64,000 nucleotides of DNA from a virus (IMGVR_UViG_3300008107_000010), one strand, 5' to 3'. Shown: positions 17,370 through 27,282, counted from the stretch's first letter. The notes: generated by a model from the sequence alone, not told the origin. Program-made: numbers and translations.

Positions 17370-19283
17370 TTATAAACCATATCTATTTCTATTCGCATTG
17401 AAGTTTCGTAATACTTCATCATCTGAGAGTGCTTTTCTATAAACTCTAAATTGTGAAAAAGATCCTTTATATACGGCACTTCCTCCGCTATATGTACTTA
17501 ATCCAAATCCATTACTACCTCGGCCCATGCCACTATTATGAAAATCAAAGTTTGGATTACCATCGATATAAACTCCATTTCGGTATGTTCTTAAGGATCC
17601 ACTAGTACCTGTAGTATTTGTAAAAACCCATGTAAAAAGATTCCATGCATTATTTTCCCAATAGCCCATTCCGCCTGGATAATCTCCACTTGGACTTCCT
17701 GGAAAATAGTGTGAACCCATGCAACTATTATGACAATAAAACATAGGACCATAATTACCATTGGCTCCCATAGATAAAATTCCATAAGAACTTCCTTGGT
17801 CTAGTCCATTATGATAGAATGCCAATTCTAATGTAAAATCAGAATGTCCTCCAGGTAGAGTAGTATTTCCAATCCAGTCATCAACGCCATCGCAAATTAC
17901 TGATTTTACTCCTGCTGTTAACCCAAATCTAGCACCATTGTATAAATTAGCATGGTGACCACCTCCGCTTAAATCATACCATACCGCATTTTGCGATCTT
18001 GAGCCGGCAACAAATGGGGTTATTGAAGGTTGCTGTTCGATTTGAATATTAGCAACATCTATTTTCATATCTCCGGTAGATGGAAACCAATATGAAATAA
18101 GCACGTTATGCGTTGGAGTAAAAGTAAAACTGCATCTTACCCATTCTCCCTGTGCACCAGTATATGCATTCATATAGAATCCACTGGCTCCAGCAGGACC
18201 TTGATAATTGTAGTGTTGAAATGCAATATATTGACCAACCGCGCTAGGAGATGCAGCTCTTACCCAAAATGAAGTTGTAACTGGAACTCCAATAGTTACT
18301 GAAGCATCTACACCATAAGACATTCCATCCGTTGCATCTGATCTAAAAAAATGTAGACGAACACAATCAGTTACTGGATGTCCAGCTACATTAAATCCAC
18401 CTGATATAATCTCTTTAACTAAAGCTGAATTAGGCTGATGAGGATATCCCCACCATTTGGTTGGAAATCCAGAAGCATTAACAGAAACTCGTTGGTCTAA
18501 CCAAAATGAATCATGTACTTTAAATCTTCCGGTAGCTGGATTTAAATATCCTTGAGATCCATCTTGTGAACCATTATATTCATGTAAACTAAATTTAGTA
18601 TCTGAGATTTTTTTAGCTAAATATTGAGTACCGCCGGACAATCCTCCGCCTGATGATTGAGGATTAATCACATCAAAAGATCTAATTTGATGAGCGCTTA
18701 CGGTTGTAACTATATTATCAGATACCGATGCAATTGCAGGAATATCCCAATATACAGCACATCCATTATTTCCACAATATTGATTAGTATTATATGTACC
18801 CCATCCATTTCCAACTGTAGGATACGCGTTGATTGTTGGGTTCGGAATTAAGTTCGTGGTTGGTTTATTATCAACAAAACTAGAAACATGTTCAGCATCA
18901 AGATTTAATATTAATCCGTCTGTGACTATATTTTCAATTGAACTATTTAACACAGCAACACCAGATTGGTCTACTGCCCAATTTAACGCAGCGGTAGCAC
19001 TAGGTGAATTAGCGCCTAGAGCATTAAGTTTACCAAGTAGTTGTGTATCGTTTGCTGCGCGAAAAACTCCATCTGGTCCATATATTGTATATCCACCGGA
19101 CGGTATATCAGCACCGTTATAGAAACCGGTTACCGAACTTGGACCATCTCCTATATTATTTGGAGTTGTATCGATTGCCCAGTTACCTTTAAAAATAGAA
19201 TTAGGCTCTGATCCTGTCTTGTTTCTTTTAAATTTATTTGGCATTACAACCCGAATCTTTTCTTTTATATATTTTAAAAACAA
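17370..19283 (-). CDS. large protein with C-terminal concanavalin A/LamG-like domain (possible virion or host-recognition protein)
   Basis: C-terminus ...TYRNGVYIDG...FSQFRVYRKALSDDEVLRNF is typical of LamG/pentraxin jelly-roll domains. The G/S/N-rich body is beta-rich. The probable start is the internal Met at 19244. Confidence 0.45.
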   Translation of the reverse strand: MFLKYIKEKIRVVMPNKFKRNKTGSEPNSIFKGNWAIDTTPNNIGDGPSSVTGFYNGADIPSGGYTIYGPDGVFRAANDTQLLGKLNALGANSPSATAALNWAVDQSGVAVLNSSIENIVTDGLILNLDAEHVSSFVDNKPTTNLIPNPTINAYPTVGNGWGTYNTNQYCGNNGCAVYWDIPAIASVSDNIVTTVSAHQIRSFDVINPQSSGGGLSGGTQYLAKKISDTKFSLHEYNGSQDGSQGYLNPATGRFKVHDSFWLDQRVSVNASGFPTKWWGYPHQPNSALVKEIISGGFNVAGHPVTDCVRLHFFRSDATDGMSYGVDASVTIGVPVTTSFWVRAASPSAVGQYIAFQHYNYQGPAGASGFYMNAYTGAQGEWVRCSFTFTPTHNVLISYWFPSTGDMKIDVANIQIEQQPSITPFVAGSRSQNAVWYDLSGGGHHANLYNGARFGLTAGVKSVICDGVDDWIGNTTLPGGHSDFTLELAFYHNGLDQGSSYGILSMGANGNYGPMFYCHNSCMGSHYFPGSPSGDYPGGMGYWENNAWNLFTWVFTNTTGTSGSLRTYRNGVYIDGNPNFDFHNSGMGRGSNGFGLSTYSGGSAVYKGSFSQFRVYRKALSDDEVLRNFNANRNRYGL

Positions 19284-19434
19284 CTAGTGTTTCTAAAATT
19301 ATCTTTTATTTCCTCTTCGGGGTTTGTTAAATTTTTTGTTGTTTTTTCCAAAGTTATCTTTCATTTTTTTAACTTTGTTTTTATTATCATTTGATTGGGG
19401 TTCATCTTGCCAATCATTGTCAAAATTAAAATCT

Positions 19435-19665
19435 TTACGCGGTTTCATGGTTCTTAATCTTATACTTTTTCTTGTAGTAAGCAATACAGCTTGATCCTAC
19501 GCAAACTTCATCAAACACATACTCATAGGGTAGTAATGGTTTACGTTTATTTGTTGAGATAATATCATCGACTAAATGATTTGTAAAAACTATCATTTTG
19601 TGGGTCTTCGCTCTCTCCGAAACTCTGTAAACTACTACTACCGGCGGTTTGGTTTTTTCTTCCAT
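19435..19665 (-). CDS. hypothetical small protein
   Basis: 76 aa, between the LamG protein and the sigma factor. Confidence 0.2.
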   Translation of the reverse strand: MEEKTKPPVVVVYRVSERAKTHKMIVFTNHLVDDIISTNKRKPLLPYEYVFDEVCVGSSCIAYYKKKYKIKNHETA

Positions 19666-19724
19666 AGTATTCGTGATTTTCTTCTTTAATCCATGTTGGT
19701 TCGTCCCAATAACAAAAGATCCAA

Positions 19725-20345
19725 TTAGTTTTCTTTTCTGCCTCCAACGGACTCAGCGATGAGTGATTTTCCACGACGGATACGGTTTTTAATAGTTTGT
19801 AACGGCAAGTTGTATTTAACTGCAAGGTCTTCATATTTGATTTTGTTAATCAAACGGTCAACTACGATTTCACGATAAATTGGTTTTAATTTCTCCATTG
19901 CACGAATACAATTATCATAACGGGCTTGAAGTTCGTTATCTTCTTCAAGAAAATCGATTTCAGTTTTAAAATCTAAATCATCAACAAGAGAACCAATAGT
20001 TTCAATCATAACGCTTCCGCCGTCATTAACTTCCATACCATATTCTTCAAGACGTGTTAATGATGTTTTCTTATTACGCTCATTGATATAACCAAGACAT
20101 TCGTTAAATGCAATTCGATATAACCAAGTCGTGATTTGATACTGTGGATCATACTGATCGATTTTGGTCCACATTTTAGTCAATGTATTAACTAAAATAT
20201 CATCTGCTGCTTCAGAATCTTTTACAATTTTAGAAATGTAAGATCTAAGACCTGGTTTAACTTTACGATACAATGCAGTGAAATCTGCTTCAGAACGAGT
20301 TTCTAGATAATTTTCGGTAAGTTCTCTGTAATTTGCTTTAGACAT
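19725..20345 (-). CDS. sigma-70 family (ECF-like) RNA polymerase sigma factor
   Basis: Region-2-like ADDILVNTLTKMW...YQITTWLYRIAFNECLGYINERNKK and region-4-like YEDLAVKYNLPLQTIKNRIRRGKSLI. Confidence 0.65.
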   Translation of the reverse strand: MSKANYRELTENYLETRSEADFTALYRKVKPGLRSYISKIVKDSEAADDILVNTLTKMWTKIDQYDPQYQITTWLYRIAFNECLGYINERNKKTSLTRLEEYGMEVNDGGSVMIETIGSLVDDLDFKTEIDFLEEDNELQARYDNCIRAMEKLKPIYREIVVDRLINKIKYEDLAVKYNLPLQTIKNRIRRGKSLIAESVGGRKEN

Positions 20346-20370
20346 ATATGATTTGTTTTAACGATTAATG

Positions 20371-20388
20371 ATATGTAAATATAAACAA
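20371..20388 (-). promoter_or_regulatory. early-type motif, copy 4
   Basis: atatgtaaatataaacaa, 25 nt upstream of the sigma factor ATG. Confidence 0.5.
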
Positions 20389-20431
20389 TTTTTCTCAAAT
20401 GGTAAAACTTTTTTCACTTTTTTTTAAAAAA

Positions 20432-20452
20432 GTTATTAACAAAGTTATTAAC
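20432..20452. promoter_or_regulatory. two tandem GTTATTAAC palindromes
   Basis: aaaaaagttattaacaaagttattaac. Confidence 0.35.
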
Positions 20453-20465
20453 ATTTCATAAGTAG

Positions 20466-20990
20466 TTAACTTTCAATATCTTTGAAAAGACCCATAATCG
20501 AATCAAAAGATTTTGGTTTATATCCCCAATAATCGCATGCAACATTAACTAACCGTTTCTTATGGTCAGTTTTATATTTCTTACCAGGATAACCAAAGAA
20601 ATGGTAATACCCTTTATTTTTAAAAGGCCATTCAGCCAAAGGCCAATAAGATATGGCTAATTTTTCAGTAGGAGAACTGAATAGAGGTTCGACGATTGCA
20701 CAATGTTTTGGCAAAACTCGTCTTTTATTTAAATCAAGAATAGCAGCATCATGCTCACCTGGAACTAGAATAATGGTTCCATTCAATTTTTTAAGAATAT
20801 CTTCAGCTGTTGTTGGATCCCAAGCAAAATTGCCAAGAACATAAACAATGTCTTCTGTATCGACCGTTGAGTTCCAAGTATTGATCAGTGCTTGGTTCAT
20901 CGTATTGACATCTTCAAAAGGGCGATCAAATTCTTTAATTGCGCTTGGACGACCAAACTGTTGATTTGCTGTAAAAAATAATTTTTGCAT
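20466..20990 (-). CDS. hypothetical protein (possibly a degenerate metallophosphoesterase)
   Basis: LGNFAW and VPGEHD weakly recall GDxx and GNHD motifs. Confidence 0.3.
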   Translation of the reverse strand: MQKLFFTANQQFGRPSAIKEFDRPFEDVNTMNQALINTWNSTVDTEDIVYVLGNFAWDPTTAEDILKKLNGTIILVPGEHDAAILDLNKRRVLPKHCAIVEPLFSSPTEKLAISYWPLAEWPFKNKGYYHFFGYPGKKYKTDHKKRLVNVACDYWGYKPKSFDSIMGLFKDIES

Positions 20991-21527
20991 CTAAACTACT
21001 ATAAATTTTATATTAAAGTTATCCCATAAGTTTTCTAAAAACTTTTCTTCTGAGATTCCTGTTCTAGCGTTTTTAATTCTACCATCATCTGAACAATCTA
21101 TAAACATATAGATAATAAAATCATAAACTGTTGAATAAACTAGGCTTTGACCAAAACCAGCTCTTAAATCAGATCCTCGATCTCCTCTTTTAATTTCAAC
21201 AGCAATTTTAATTCCACCATATTCAATACTCATATCTGGTCGATTATTGGTTCCCATAAATACCATGTTATGTACTGTTGTATTTATGTTACCTTCCCAT
21301 TTTAGAAGGGTTTTGGCCTTTTCTTTAGCTAGAGAAAGATCCATATCTTTCTTTTCAGCTATCCATTTGCCAAGAGAATCGACCACATGCGGGTAGATAA
21401 ATTGTTTAATTTTATCTTCAGACTGTTTTTTATAATTAATAGTTCCGAAGACATCTTTGGTAGAGATGCCTTCGGAAATAATATCAACTAATTCAATTCT
21501 ATTCTTGGATTTACTTGCTAGTTTCAT
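20991..21527 (-). CDS. PD-(D/E)xK nuclease-like protein
   Basis: PDMSIEYGGIKIAVEIKRGD contains a D...E.K core. Confidence 0.3.
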   Translation of the reverse strand: MKLASKSKNRIELVDIISEGISTKDVFGTINYKKQSEDKIKQFIYPHVVDSLGKWIAEKKDMDLSLAKEKAKTLLKWEGNINTTVHNMVFMGTNNRPDMSIEYGGIKIAVEIKRGDRGSDLRAGFGQSLVYSTVYDFIIYMFIDCSDDGRIKNARTGISEEKFLENLWDNFNIKFIVV

Positions 21528-22077
21528 TGACTAATTCATCTTCAACTGGTGTGCCAAATTCTACAATACGCTTGTCTAAATCGGCTAATTCACCATGAAG
21601 GGCTTGAATTTTCTTATTCTCTTCAGCCATAGAACGCATTGCATCAGAAATCTGTGCACCAATGTTGGTTAATAATTTTATGTAATTACGAGCAGATTCA
21701 ATACCTGTGCTCTGTACACCTAATAGAGACTGATAAAGAGTATTTAGATCAATAGTTTTTAAATAAACGATTGATTCTAAAGATTTATCATATTCTTTCT
21801 TTTCTTGCTTTGCGGTTGCAACCTCATGATTAATTCTCTGTTTTTCAACTTTTAAATTATCTGAAAGATTTACAAGCAATGCAGCATTTTTAGTATTCCA
21901 TGCAACATCATCGTTTAGGTGTTTTAAAACTTTATTGATGTTTGTAGAATTCTCAAAATCGACAGAATATTCTTTTTGAGCTAATTCAGTTTGCATATCA
22001 GCAACTTTCTTTTCTAGTTCGTTGCGAAGGTTTTTTAAATCTTCAATGCTTTCTTGATTCTTTTTTGCTTTTGCCAT
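21511..22077 (-). CDS. coiled-coil protein
   Basis: 188 aa, charged heptads. Confidence 0.35.
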   Translation of the reverse strand: MAKAKKNQESIEDLKNLRNELEKKVADMQTELAQKEYSVDFENSTNINKVLKHLNDDVAWNTKNAALLVNLSDNLKVEKQRINHEVATAKQEKKEYDKSLESIVYLKTIDLNTLYQSLLGVQSTGIESARNYIKLLTNIGAQISDAMRSMAEENKKIQALHGELADLDKRIVEFGTPVEDELVNETSK

Positions 22078-22102
22078 TGTTTTTGTATTTGTATTTTATA
22101 TA

Positions 22103-22582
22103 TTAGAAATTTGGATTTGTGATTCGGCAGTCGAAGTTTGTAAAACCTTCATACTGTTTTTCATCGGCTTCGATTCGACGTTCCCATGGATCATGTGTAT
22201 CTCCGCGTTGAGAAAGACGCTCAGCACGAACTTCGAATGGAATATCTAAATAGACAACCCAGCATCTTTTACGATATTCTTCAGATAACATTGCTAGACC
22301 TTCAACATTTAAAATCATAGCATCACAACGCTCAAATTCATCTTTGTGAATACCATAATAGAATCCTACAAACTCTTGCCATTCAACGAATTCATCATTA
22401 GCAATCATCTCCTTGAACTTTTCTACAGTGGTAAAATGATAATCAGATCCATCAACTTCTCCAACCCTAGGTGGTCGAGTAGTGTGAGAAACACCATATT
22501 TAAAACCTCTATCTATTAAAACTTTACGGAAATGGTCTTTGCCTGACGCAGCTTTACCAACTAATACGATCTTACTATCCAT
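22103..22582 (-). CDS. gmk: guanylate kinase
   Basis: P-loop GKAASGKD and the guanylate kinase signature SHTTRPPRVGEVDGSDYHF. Confidence 0.7.
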   Translation of the reverse strand: MDSKIVLVGKAASGKDHFRKVLIDRGFKYGVSHTTRPPRVGEVDGSDYHFTTVEKFKEMIANDEFVEWQEFVGFYYGIHKDEFERCDAMILNVEGLAMLSEEYRKRCWVVYLDIPFEVRAERLSQRGDTHDPWERRIEADEKQYEGFTNFDCRITNPNF

Positions 22583-22601
22583 ACTTATTATATTCTTTAA
22601 T

Positions 22602-23468
22602 TTATTTTTGTTTCAAATATGCAGTTGGGCTTGGCATGCCACTATAATGACACCAATCTTGATCCTCGCCATAATTCCATTTTGGATCATACCAAAACCT
22701 TCTTCCCTTTCCATTATTATCGATCATTGTTGACATTCCGGGTTTTCCATAACACTTCATAAATTCTTCCCAGCCAAGTTTGACATCTTCTATTGTGTCA
22801 AACTGAAATGGGTTCTTCCAATCCTTTAGTTCTCCTCCACCAAGCATATATGCTGTTTCTGGGATAGTTCTACAAAGACTAAAAATACTATTATGTTTAG
22901 TTAAAGCTTCTCTTGCTGACATAAATGGATTAATATCGGCTCGGTAGAGAATTTCAGCTCTAAGATAATTACCAATTCCATTAAACCATTTTTGATTCAT
23001 TAGAACCTCACAAATTGGTTTATCAAAATCTTTTTTATGTAGATTATTCTTAATGTTTCGGACAAAATCTTGAAATTGTTGAGTTGGATCTGGACCACGG
23101 TCTTCAGACCAATCTTCTGCAAGTTTCCATTTACCAAATCGACGAACATCAACAAAATCAAGAGATCCATTTTCAGATTGAAAGCGTAAATGAGAGTGTT
23201 TTGAAAGAACTCCAACATCTACCCACTTAAAATAACCAGACATTCCCATTGTCATTAATAACTTAACCTGATGAGATGAATTGAGTTGAGTTAAAGTTAA
23301 CATCAATTCTTTACCGCGGCTTTCGGCTGAAATAGTAAAACCTCGAAATTGAATTTCAACTTCTTTACCCTTATGCACTGGATTCTTTTTAACACTATAG
23401 AAAACTCTGTTTTGAGCCTCTTGGTTAATATAATCTGCGGTTAGTCTAAGTTCTGCTAATTCTGGCAT
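22602..23468 (-). CDS. Fpg/Nei family DNA glycosylase (zinc-less)
   Basis: N-terminal MPELAEL (Pro2/Glu3). H2TH motif GNYLRAEILYRADINP. No C4 zinc finger. Confidence 0.6.
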   Translation of the reverse strand: MPELAELRLTADYINQEAQNRVFYSVKKNPVHKGKEVEIQFRGFTISAESRGKELMLTLTQLNSSHQVKLLMTMGMSGYFKWVDVGVLSKHSHLRFQSENGSLDFVDVRRFGKWKLAEDWSEDRGPDPTQQFQDFVRNIKNNLHKKDFDKPICEVLMNQKWFNGIGNYLRAEILYRADINPFMSAREALTKHNSIFSLCRTIPETAYMLGGGELKDWKNPFQFDTIEDVKLGWEEFMKCYGKPGMSTMIDNNGKGRRFWYDPKWNYGEDQDWCHYSGMPSPTAYLKQK

Positions 23469-23665
23469 TATTTTCTAGGATTTATCATTCCAACAATAAC
23501 ATATAACAAGGCAAACGGCCAAATTAACATGACAATTATTCTTTCAAAGTTTGTCAATCTTAGATATTCGGCATTTGGTCCAGTTTGACCTAAAAAAGAA
23601 ACTAAAATATCTACGATGATGTTAAGAAATAATCCGCAGAAAATATAAAATAAAAAAATATCCAT
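23468..23665 (-). CDS. small membrane protein
   Basis: 65 aa, two TM segments. Confidence 0.3.
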   Translation of the reverse strand: MDIFLFYIFCGLFLNIIVDILVSFLGQTGPNAEYLRLTNFERIIVMLIWPFALLYVIVGMINPRK

Positions 23666-23668
23666 ATA

Positions 23669-24073
23669 TTAAAATTCATATCCTTTAAAAACTGGTCTAT
23701 CGCCAGCATGTTCATCACACAGTGTTTGCATCCAACCTCCACTTCGTAGTTGGCCTGGCTCTCCGCAAGTTTCACATGTAATATATGAAGCATCTTCGGC
23801 TAATTTAATACGCTGCCAAATTTCTTCGTTTCCAGTATTAATATAGAATCTTAATCCACCAAACTTTTCTTTAATTTGGCAAATTTGTTTGTTCCAACCA
23901 AGTTCAATTAGATCTTCAATCAAACGTTTGATAATCCCATACCAACCATTACCACAACCACAAATACCATGGCTCATGATTTTTGGACGATCTGCAAAGA
24001 ATCCATTCTCTAATCCTCCAATACTTTCTAGGAATTTATCAAATTCCTCATTAGTCATATAATTATTGTTCAT
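23669..24073 (-). CDS. Cys-rich hypothetical protein
   Basis: CGCG...CETCGE...C...H clusters suggest metal binding. Confidence 0.35.
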   Translation of the reverse strand: MNNNYMTNEEFDKFLESIGGLENGFFADRPKIMSHGICGCGNGWYGIIKRLIEDLIELGWNKQICQIKEKFGGLRFYINTGNEEIWQRIKLAEDASYITCETCGEPGQLRSGGWMQTLCDEHAGDRPVFKGYEF

Positions 24074-24500
24074 AATTTACCAATATTAATTTATATTCGT
24101 CAGCCGTAATTTGTTTACCGGACAGAGTAATTTTTTTCATAGTTAGAGCTCGTTCATAGATTCGGTCAATAACTAGTTGATTTGCTTCTGATGTTCCATA
24201 CCAATCATTATAGAGTGATAGGTGACCACTGACTCGGCCATCATCCCACTCAATAGAAACATCATAACCTCGATTTATTAGCTCCTGTCGTAAACTATTG
24301 AACCTGAGGTGAATATATTTTAACTTATCGTAGAAGAATTTAACATGGCCTGTACCTAGTGTAAAAGTCTGAGGCAACTTTGACTTATCAACTGGTTTAT
24401 TAGTTGCAAGTGTAGTTGTCCTCAGAATTTCACGATATTCAGCAACTAAATGTTGATCGCATAAAGATGCTGGAGGTATGGTTGCATTAATTCTTGTCAT
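24063..24500 (-). CDS. denV: pyrimidine dimer DNA glycosylase (T4 endonuclease V)
   Basis: MTRINATIPPASLCDQHLVAEYREI...GTGHVKFFYDKL matches T4 DenV ([24 protein letters not shown]...GAGHVTFFYDKL). Confidence 0.85.
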   Translation of the reverse strand: MTRINATIPPASLCDQHLVAEYREILRTTTLATNKPVDKSKLPQTFTLGTGHVKFFYDKLKYIHLRFNSLRQELINRGYDVSIEWDDGRVSGHLSLYNDWYGTSEANQLVIDRIYERALTMKKITLSGKQITADEYKLILVNYEQ

Positions 24501-24844
24501 TAAATTTTACCTAGGGTTCTACGATAATTTGTAGCAGCACGATAAATAATTTCCATACGAGCTTCAGGATCCATTTCTAAAATACGCTCTGTTTTTGTAG
24601 AGGTAAAATGATTTCCATAATAATCAATTCCAGATACTGGAACTTGTCTGGTTTTGTTTAACTGGTAAACTGTATTTACAATATTACCTCGCCAATTTCT
24701 TGCTGAATATTTACGACGAACATAACCACTTTCATAACTCATATAATCACAATTTGCGATTGGGTCATAAAAACATACAGTTCCATTATCAGCTTGACGT
24801 TGACTAGTTACTTCAAATAATCTAAGAGTTTGTGCTTTATTCAT
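24500..24844 (-). CDS. hypothetical protein
   Basis: 114 aa, early-type motif upstream. Confidence 0.35.
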   Translation of the reverse strand: MNKAQTLRLFEVTSQRQADNGTVCFYDPIANCDYMSYESGYVRRKYSARNWRGNIVNTVYQLNKTRQVPVSGIDYYGNHFTSTKTERILEMDPEARMEIIYRAATNYRRTLGKI

Positions 24845-24866
24845 GTTATTGTTGTTTTGATTAATG

Positions 24867-24884
24867 ATATGTAAATATAAACAA
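24867..24884 (-). promoter_or_regulatory. early-type motif, copy 5
   Basis: atatgtaaatataaacaa. Confidence 0.5.
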
Positions 24885-24914
24885 AAAAATTCAAACGGAA
24901 AAACTTTTTATAAA

Positions 24915-25223
24915 TTATTTTACATCTATTCCAAAAGTAGGTTTAAAACTAAAATCAACCCACATTTTACAAACAATTAAATTAATACCAAACATGTAAC
25001 ACTTAACATGATTTTTAGCAGTAAATGTTTTTTTAATGGTATCTTGACTAGATTTTCCTTTTCGAACTGGCCCAACTACATCATATTGTTTTGCCCAAAT
25101 TCCAAGTTCCCATTCATTTTTCATTCGGGATGCGGTGTAATTTGACAGTGTATCACCTTTTTCCCATCTATGTCTTAAGACGAAATTTGCCTTAAATCTT
25201 TTTGTTTTGATTCTTTTTATCAT
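24915..25223 (-). CDS. hypothetical protein
   Basis: 102 aa. Confidence 0.3.
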   Translation of the reverse strand: MIKRIKTKRFKANFVLRHRWEKGDTLSNYTASRMKNEWELGIWAKQYDVVGPVRKGKSSQDTIKKTFTAKNHVKCYMFGINLIVCKMWVDFSFKPTFGIDVK

Positions 25224-25250
25224 TTTTTATTTTTTATTTTTTCTTTACTA

Positions 25251-25709
25251 TTAACTCCTATATCTTAGTTCTTTTTGACGATATACACTTAACACTGAAC
25301 CTTGTCCATGCGTGATTGCAAATTGATAACCATAATAATCGTATACCGTCGATGGAAAGTTTTCAGTTAAACCATCTAATGGTTCAATTTCAGTTCCTTC
25401 AAGAGATGCAAGTTCCCACATTAGATTTAAAATATGAAGAGGTCGATCAGTATAAGTTGCCCAATGTATATCATCATACTTTTTCTGCTTTTCTAGAATA
25501 TCAAGCATTAGATAATCAAATGTTGAATCATCGCAAACTCCGTATCTTTGTAATAGTTTATTTGCTCGTTCAATTTTGATTTTTTCACTCTCATATAATT
25601 TATGGAAATATTCCTCCATTGCCTTTTCGCCTTCTGAACTATTCATAAATTCTATCATTTTTCCTAATGTTTCCATATTAATCTGAAATATAAGTTGCAA
25701 AAATACCAA
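25251..25709 (-). CDS. hypothetical protein
   Basis: 152 aa. Confidence 0.35.
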   Translation of the reverse strand: MVFLQLIFQINMETLGKMIEFMNSSEGEKAMEEYFHKLYESEKIKIERANKLLQRYGVCDDSTFDYLMLDILEKQKKYDDIHWATYTDRPLHILNLMWELASLEGTEIEPLDGLTENFPSTVYDYYGYQFAITHGQGSVLSVYRQKELRYRS

Positions 25710-25909
25710 TCACAATAAACCACAGTATAACAAATATTACTGTCCAATTTTCTTTAATCCAATTTTTCATTATTCTTCGTTTTGTTCAATTACCAAATAA
25801 TTTAGTCCATTAACTTGCTTAATTTGGCCGGATTGGACTAATTTCTGCGCAAATTCTTGATTCTGTTGAGCAATCAAAATAATTGTCGGCTCCATATAAA
25901 TAATTTTCA

Positions 25910-26206
25910 TTATGATAAAATTGTAGGTTTACCAACATTATACATCAATCGGCAATAGAATGGAAGAGCCATTTGATTAGTTGAATCTGCTCGACCCATA
26001 GCCTGCATTAAATTGTTTTCAACTACAGCTTGGACGAAACTACCACCTTCATAACCAATCTTCCATTTAGTACATAGAATTGAAGTTGCAATATCTTCAA
26101 TATGTGCTAGTTGTGATGGTGAAAACTTTGATCCAATTTCATGGTCTTGTTCCATGTATTCTTTAACAACATTTTTTACTACTTCGATTTGTTCAAAAAC
26201 TTTCAT
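25910..26206 (-). CDS. hypothetical protein
   Basis: 98 aa. Confidence 0.3.
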   Translation of the reverse strand: MKVFEQIEVVKNVVKEYMEQDHEIGSKFSPSQLAHIEDIATSILCTKWKIGYEGGSFVQAVVENNLMQAMGRADSTNQMALPFYCRLMYNVGKPTILS

Positions 26207-26222
26207 ATATTCTTATTTTAAA

Positions 26223-26441
26223 TTAAAATTCAATTTCAACAGCTTCACCATCCATTGCAAATACATTTGCATCATTAAAATCTGATAGAACAGCATTATA
26301 AACGCCATCATTAAAATTTGTAATGGTTACATCTAACCATTCGATAGAAATATTATTTTCTTCGCAATATGCTTCAAACTCAACAGGATTCATTCCTTTG
26401 GTTGCTTCAACTAGAGCTTTTAATGTGATTTTCTTTTTCAT
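26223..26441 (-). CDS. hypothetical protein
   Basis: 72 aa, early-type motif upstream. Confidence 0.3.
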   Translation of the reverse strand: MKKKITLKALVEATKGMNPVEFEAYCEENNISIEWLDVTITNFNDGVYNAVLSDFNDANVFAMDGEAVEIEF

Positions 26442-26463
26442 TTTGTTATTGTTTTAATTAATG

Positions 26464-26481
26464 ATATGTAAATATAAACAA
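26464..26481 (-). promoter_or_regulatory. early-type motif, copy 6
   Basis: atatgtaaatataaacaa. Confidence 0.5.
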
Positions 26482-26524
26482 TTTTCTCTAAACGGTAAAA
26501 CTTTTTTCACTTTTTTTCAAAAAA

Positions 26525-26545
26525 GTTATTAACATAGTTATTAAC
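26525..26545. promoter_or_regulatory. two tandem GTTATTAAC palindromes overlapping the stop of the CCA-enzyme gene
   Basis: aaaaaagttattaacatagttattaac. Confidence 0.35.
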
Positions 26546-27281
26546 ATTTTTCGAATGTTGGTTTTAACCATAAACCTCGATCAAAAATCAGATCTAAAAA
26601 TCCTGGAATTGATTTAGAGTCAACTAAATGTAACAATCTTATTGTAGCTGGAGTATCATGCGCCATCATCTTAAAAACTTCTTCACGGATCCTCTCAGCA
26701 CTAACAGTAGTTCTTAACTTATCAAGAATGTCTTTTTGCATCATAGCCAACCAAATCTCATCAGAAATACTAAAGCCTTTGGTGATTTTAAACCTTAGAG
26801 CTCGCATAATACGAAGAGGATCGTCCATCATTGTTTGTTCAGCAGGTAGAGGAGTTCTTAAAATTCTTTTAGCTAAATCAGCTTGACCGCCAAATGGATC
26901 AATTAAATTTCCATGCTCATCTTCAGCAATCGCATTCAATGTAAAATCTCGACGTAAAAGGTCATCTTCAAGAGTTCCAAGTTCTAAGATTGGACGACGA
27001 GTTCCTTCTACATATCCAACTTCTTTACGAGCTAAAACAAAATCTGCAACCAAACCTTCATTTTCATGACCCTTTGGAAATTTAGCTCTAATTGTAAAAC
27101 AATCAGGTGTACTCAAAAAGATTGTAAATTCTTTATGAGTCAACCAATCTGACATAATTTGGAATCCTTCTTCTACAGTTCTGTCTAAATTATCTAAGAC
27201 AAATGTAAAATCAATATCTTTAGACTCTAATCCCATTAGAGCATCTCTTACGCAACCTCCGACTTTAAATATTTGTGGCAT
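26541..27281 (-). CDS. cca: minimal tRNA nucleotidyltransferase (CCA- or A-adding enzyme; Pol-beta/poly(A) polymerase head domain family)
   Basis: VGGCVRDALMG...KDIDF, DLLRRDFTLNAIA and GGQADL...RTP...DDPLRIMRALRF are class II CCA-adding enzyme head/neck motifs. Only 246 aa. Confidence 0.75.
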   Translation of the reverse strand: MPQIFKVGGCVRDALMGLESKDIDFTFVLDNLDRTVEEGFQIMSDWLTHKEFTIFLSTPDCFTIRAKFPKGHENEGLVADFVLARKEVGYVEGTRRPILELGTLEDDLLRRDFTLNAIAEDEHGNLIDPFGGQADLAKRILRTPLPAEQTMMDDPLRIMRALRFKITKGFSISDEIWLAMMQKDILDKLRTTVSAERIREEVFKMMAHDTPATIRLLHLVDSKSIPGFLDLIFDRGLWLKPTFEKC

Positions 27282-27282
27282 G

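Noticed and set aside
19565-19834. 89-aa ORF overlapping the 3' end of the sigma factor gene
   Set aside because: It overlaps by about 110 nt and has W/C-rich shadow-frame composition.
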